Assembly: GCF_006345805.1 (NCBI RefSeq)
Contig: NW_021823653.1
Span: 1-22,672 of the forward strand
DNA: 22,672 nt
Source: Octopus sinensis
Lineage: Eukaryota
Reading direction: 5' to 3'
Position 1 is the first letter of the stretch. Every line of letters begins with the position of its first letter. The notes below the pieces were generated by a model. That model worked only from the letters and a program-made list of their open reading frames with translations. It was not told the origin of the DNA and ran no database searches. Both the position numbers and the translations under genes were made by a program. Shown one piece after another: positions 21,156 through 22,672 of the stretch.

Positions 21156-21440
21156 TTATATATGTGCGTGTGCGTATGTATGTATATGTATATTTTCAGA
21201 TATGTGTATCTATGTTTACCTCTCTACATATTGGTTTTCCTGCCTATCGCAGTATATATATGTGTGTGTGTGTGTGTGTGCGTGTATGTGTGGTTTTGTG
21301 TGCGCGTGCATGTGGGTTTTGTGTGCGCCTGTGTATACATACCCATTTTTATCTATCTACATATAAACTGATTTATCTCTCTATATCAGTCTTACACTCT
21401 AGTTTCAGTCTCTGTATGTGTGTGTTTGCGCTTGTGCATT
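20786..21440. repeat. (TA)n/(TACA)n/(TG)n compound microsatellite
   Basis: Directly visible. Confidence 0.95.
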
Positions 21441-22205
21441 ATCTATGTATTTATACATGAGTTTTACTCCCGAAATATAATATATAATGAAATATAAATG
21501 TAATTTTTTTTCAAAAACAAAAAAAAGAAGAATTCAAAATTTAGCTATAAAATATTTCAAAGATATATTTTATTAGAAAAAGGTTCTGAGCGAAAACATT
21601 TGACACTGTTATTTAATTTAGATTCTGGAATAGATTTAATAAAATATATATATTTTTTGCATAAATATTTTCAGATTAAATTACAAAAAATAATATAATA
21701 AATATATATTCGCAGAGAAAAATGTATGTAATTTATGCAAAATAATTAAACAAAAAAAACGTATGCCAAAATTAAATTTTTGTGGTATCAGCAGAATGCT
21801 GAAATTAAATTTATTTTATTATGTATTAATTTTTGTTCGGATATTTGTTATGTGATTTTGTTTTCCAGGTATTATTTTAAAATATTTCTTCTTTCTAAAA
21901 CTTTATCAAAAATGTCCTCTGGATTATATTTCATTGTGGTAATGTCTACAAAGGTTAAGTTTGGATTTTGCATTAGCACTGTAACAAAAATTCTGAAATA
22001 TATCTGAAATAATATTTGGATAACTTGACTCAAAATCTCGTTTCAGTTATTATTCATTCTTCTTTTTCGTTTGTGGCTGTTAGCAATACTCTTTATATAA
22101 GGAAAATACACGAATAAAATTTAAAGAAAGTGTCATTCATTTTGAATAATAAATGAATATTGCTATCTCGTTATCTTAACCTCGAATATTATGATGTATT
22201 ATAAC

Positions 22206-22412
22206 GCGGTGAGCTGGTACAATACTAAGCTCATCAGGGAACTGCTTAGATGCGTTTCGTGCATTTGTATGGTCTGAGCTCAAATTCCGCTATAGCACAC
22301 TTTGTCTTTGATCCGTTCGGTTCGATAGAGTAAAGTCATGCCCTAAGGTCAATGTAATCGCCTTATCCACTTTTCCGAAATTGCTGGCCTCCTACCAGAA
22401 TTTTTAAGCAAT
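22206..22412 (+). mobile_element. Old, diverged family-B-related SINE with a different 3' tail
   Basis: GCGGTGAGCTGG...TCTGAGCTCAAATTCCGC...ACTTTGTCTTTGATCCGTTCGGTTCGATA...GGTCAATGTAATCGCCTTA aligns to the family B head and core. The sequence after it (AAATTGCTGGCC...) does not match the family B tail. Confidence 0.75.
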
Positions 22413-22413
22413 A

Positions 22414-22672
22414 TCTTTATATACAAAAGTGAAGTTGTGTGTCTGTCTCCTACGATTTAGATTCTTAACTACTCCCACATTTTGCGGTGCAGTTTAACCA
22501 AAACCGGGCATCTTATAGTCGGGATTCATATCAAGCCCTTCTGGGTATTAGCGCGCGTCTACGATGAGTCTACGATTTAAAAAAAAAATTACCATCATTT
22601 TTTTCCATTTTTAATGCATTTTTTGCTATTTTGGGGCTATAACTCTCTAAAAATGCTTATATAGTTATTTCC
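22414..22672 (+). mobile_element. Probable Helitron 5' end (continues beyond window)
   Basis: Begins A|TCTTTATATACAAAAGTGAAGTTGTGTGTCTGTCT, the 5'-TC plus TATA-AAAA plus (TGTC)-like start typical of non-autonomous animal Helitrons. The 3' hairpin and CTRR end are not in the window. Confidence 0.6.

Noticed and set aside
2242-21460. Many Y/I/C/V/H/T-rich ORFs (e.g. 2303-2806, 4088-4853, 20805-21460)
   Set aside because: They are translations of (TA)n, (CA)n and (TG)n tracts, which lack stop codons; no domain content.

Overview
AT-rich, microsatellite-saturated eukaryotic non-coding DNA (intronic or intergenic). The repeat families and overall texture look like an octopus (coleoid cephalopod) genome, an attribution made by pattern recognition from memory rather than a database search. 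I find no intact protein-coding gene: nearly all long ORFs are artefacts of (TA)n, (TAG)n, (ATT)n or (CAT)n tracts. Supported content: three tRNA-derived SINE families (8 recognisable copies plus fragments), a decayed mariner (DD34D) transposase fragment, a probable non-LTR retrotransposon 3' end sharing its tail with one SINE family, a probable Helitron 5' end, several Penelope-like remnants with degenerate hammerhead-ribozyme cores, and a near-perfect 730-bp tandem duplication. The most interesting item is a ~530-bp ORF-less element with no tRNA head. It occurs four times, always inside (TAA)n microsatellites and always in the same orientation relative to the microsatellite strand, suggesting a site-specific non-autonomous retroelement (Dong/R4-type targeting).
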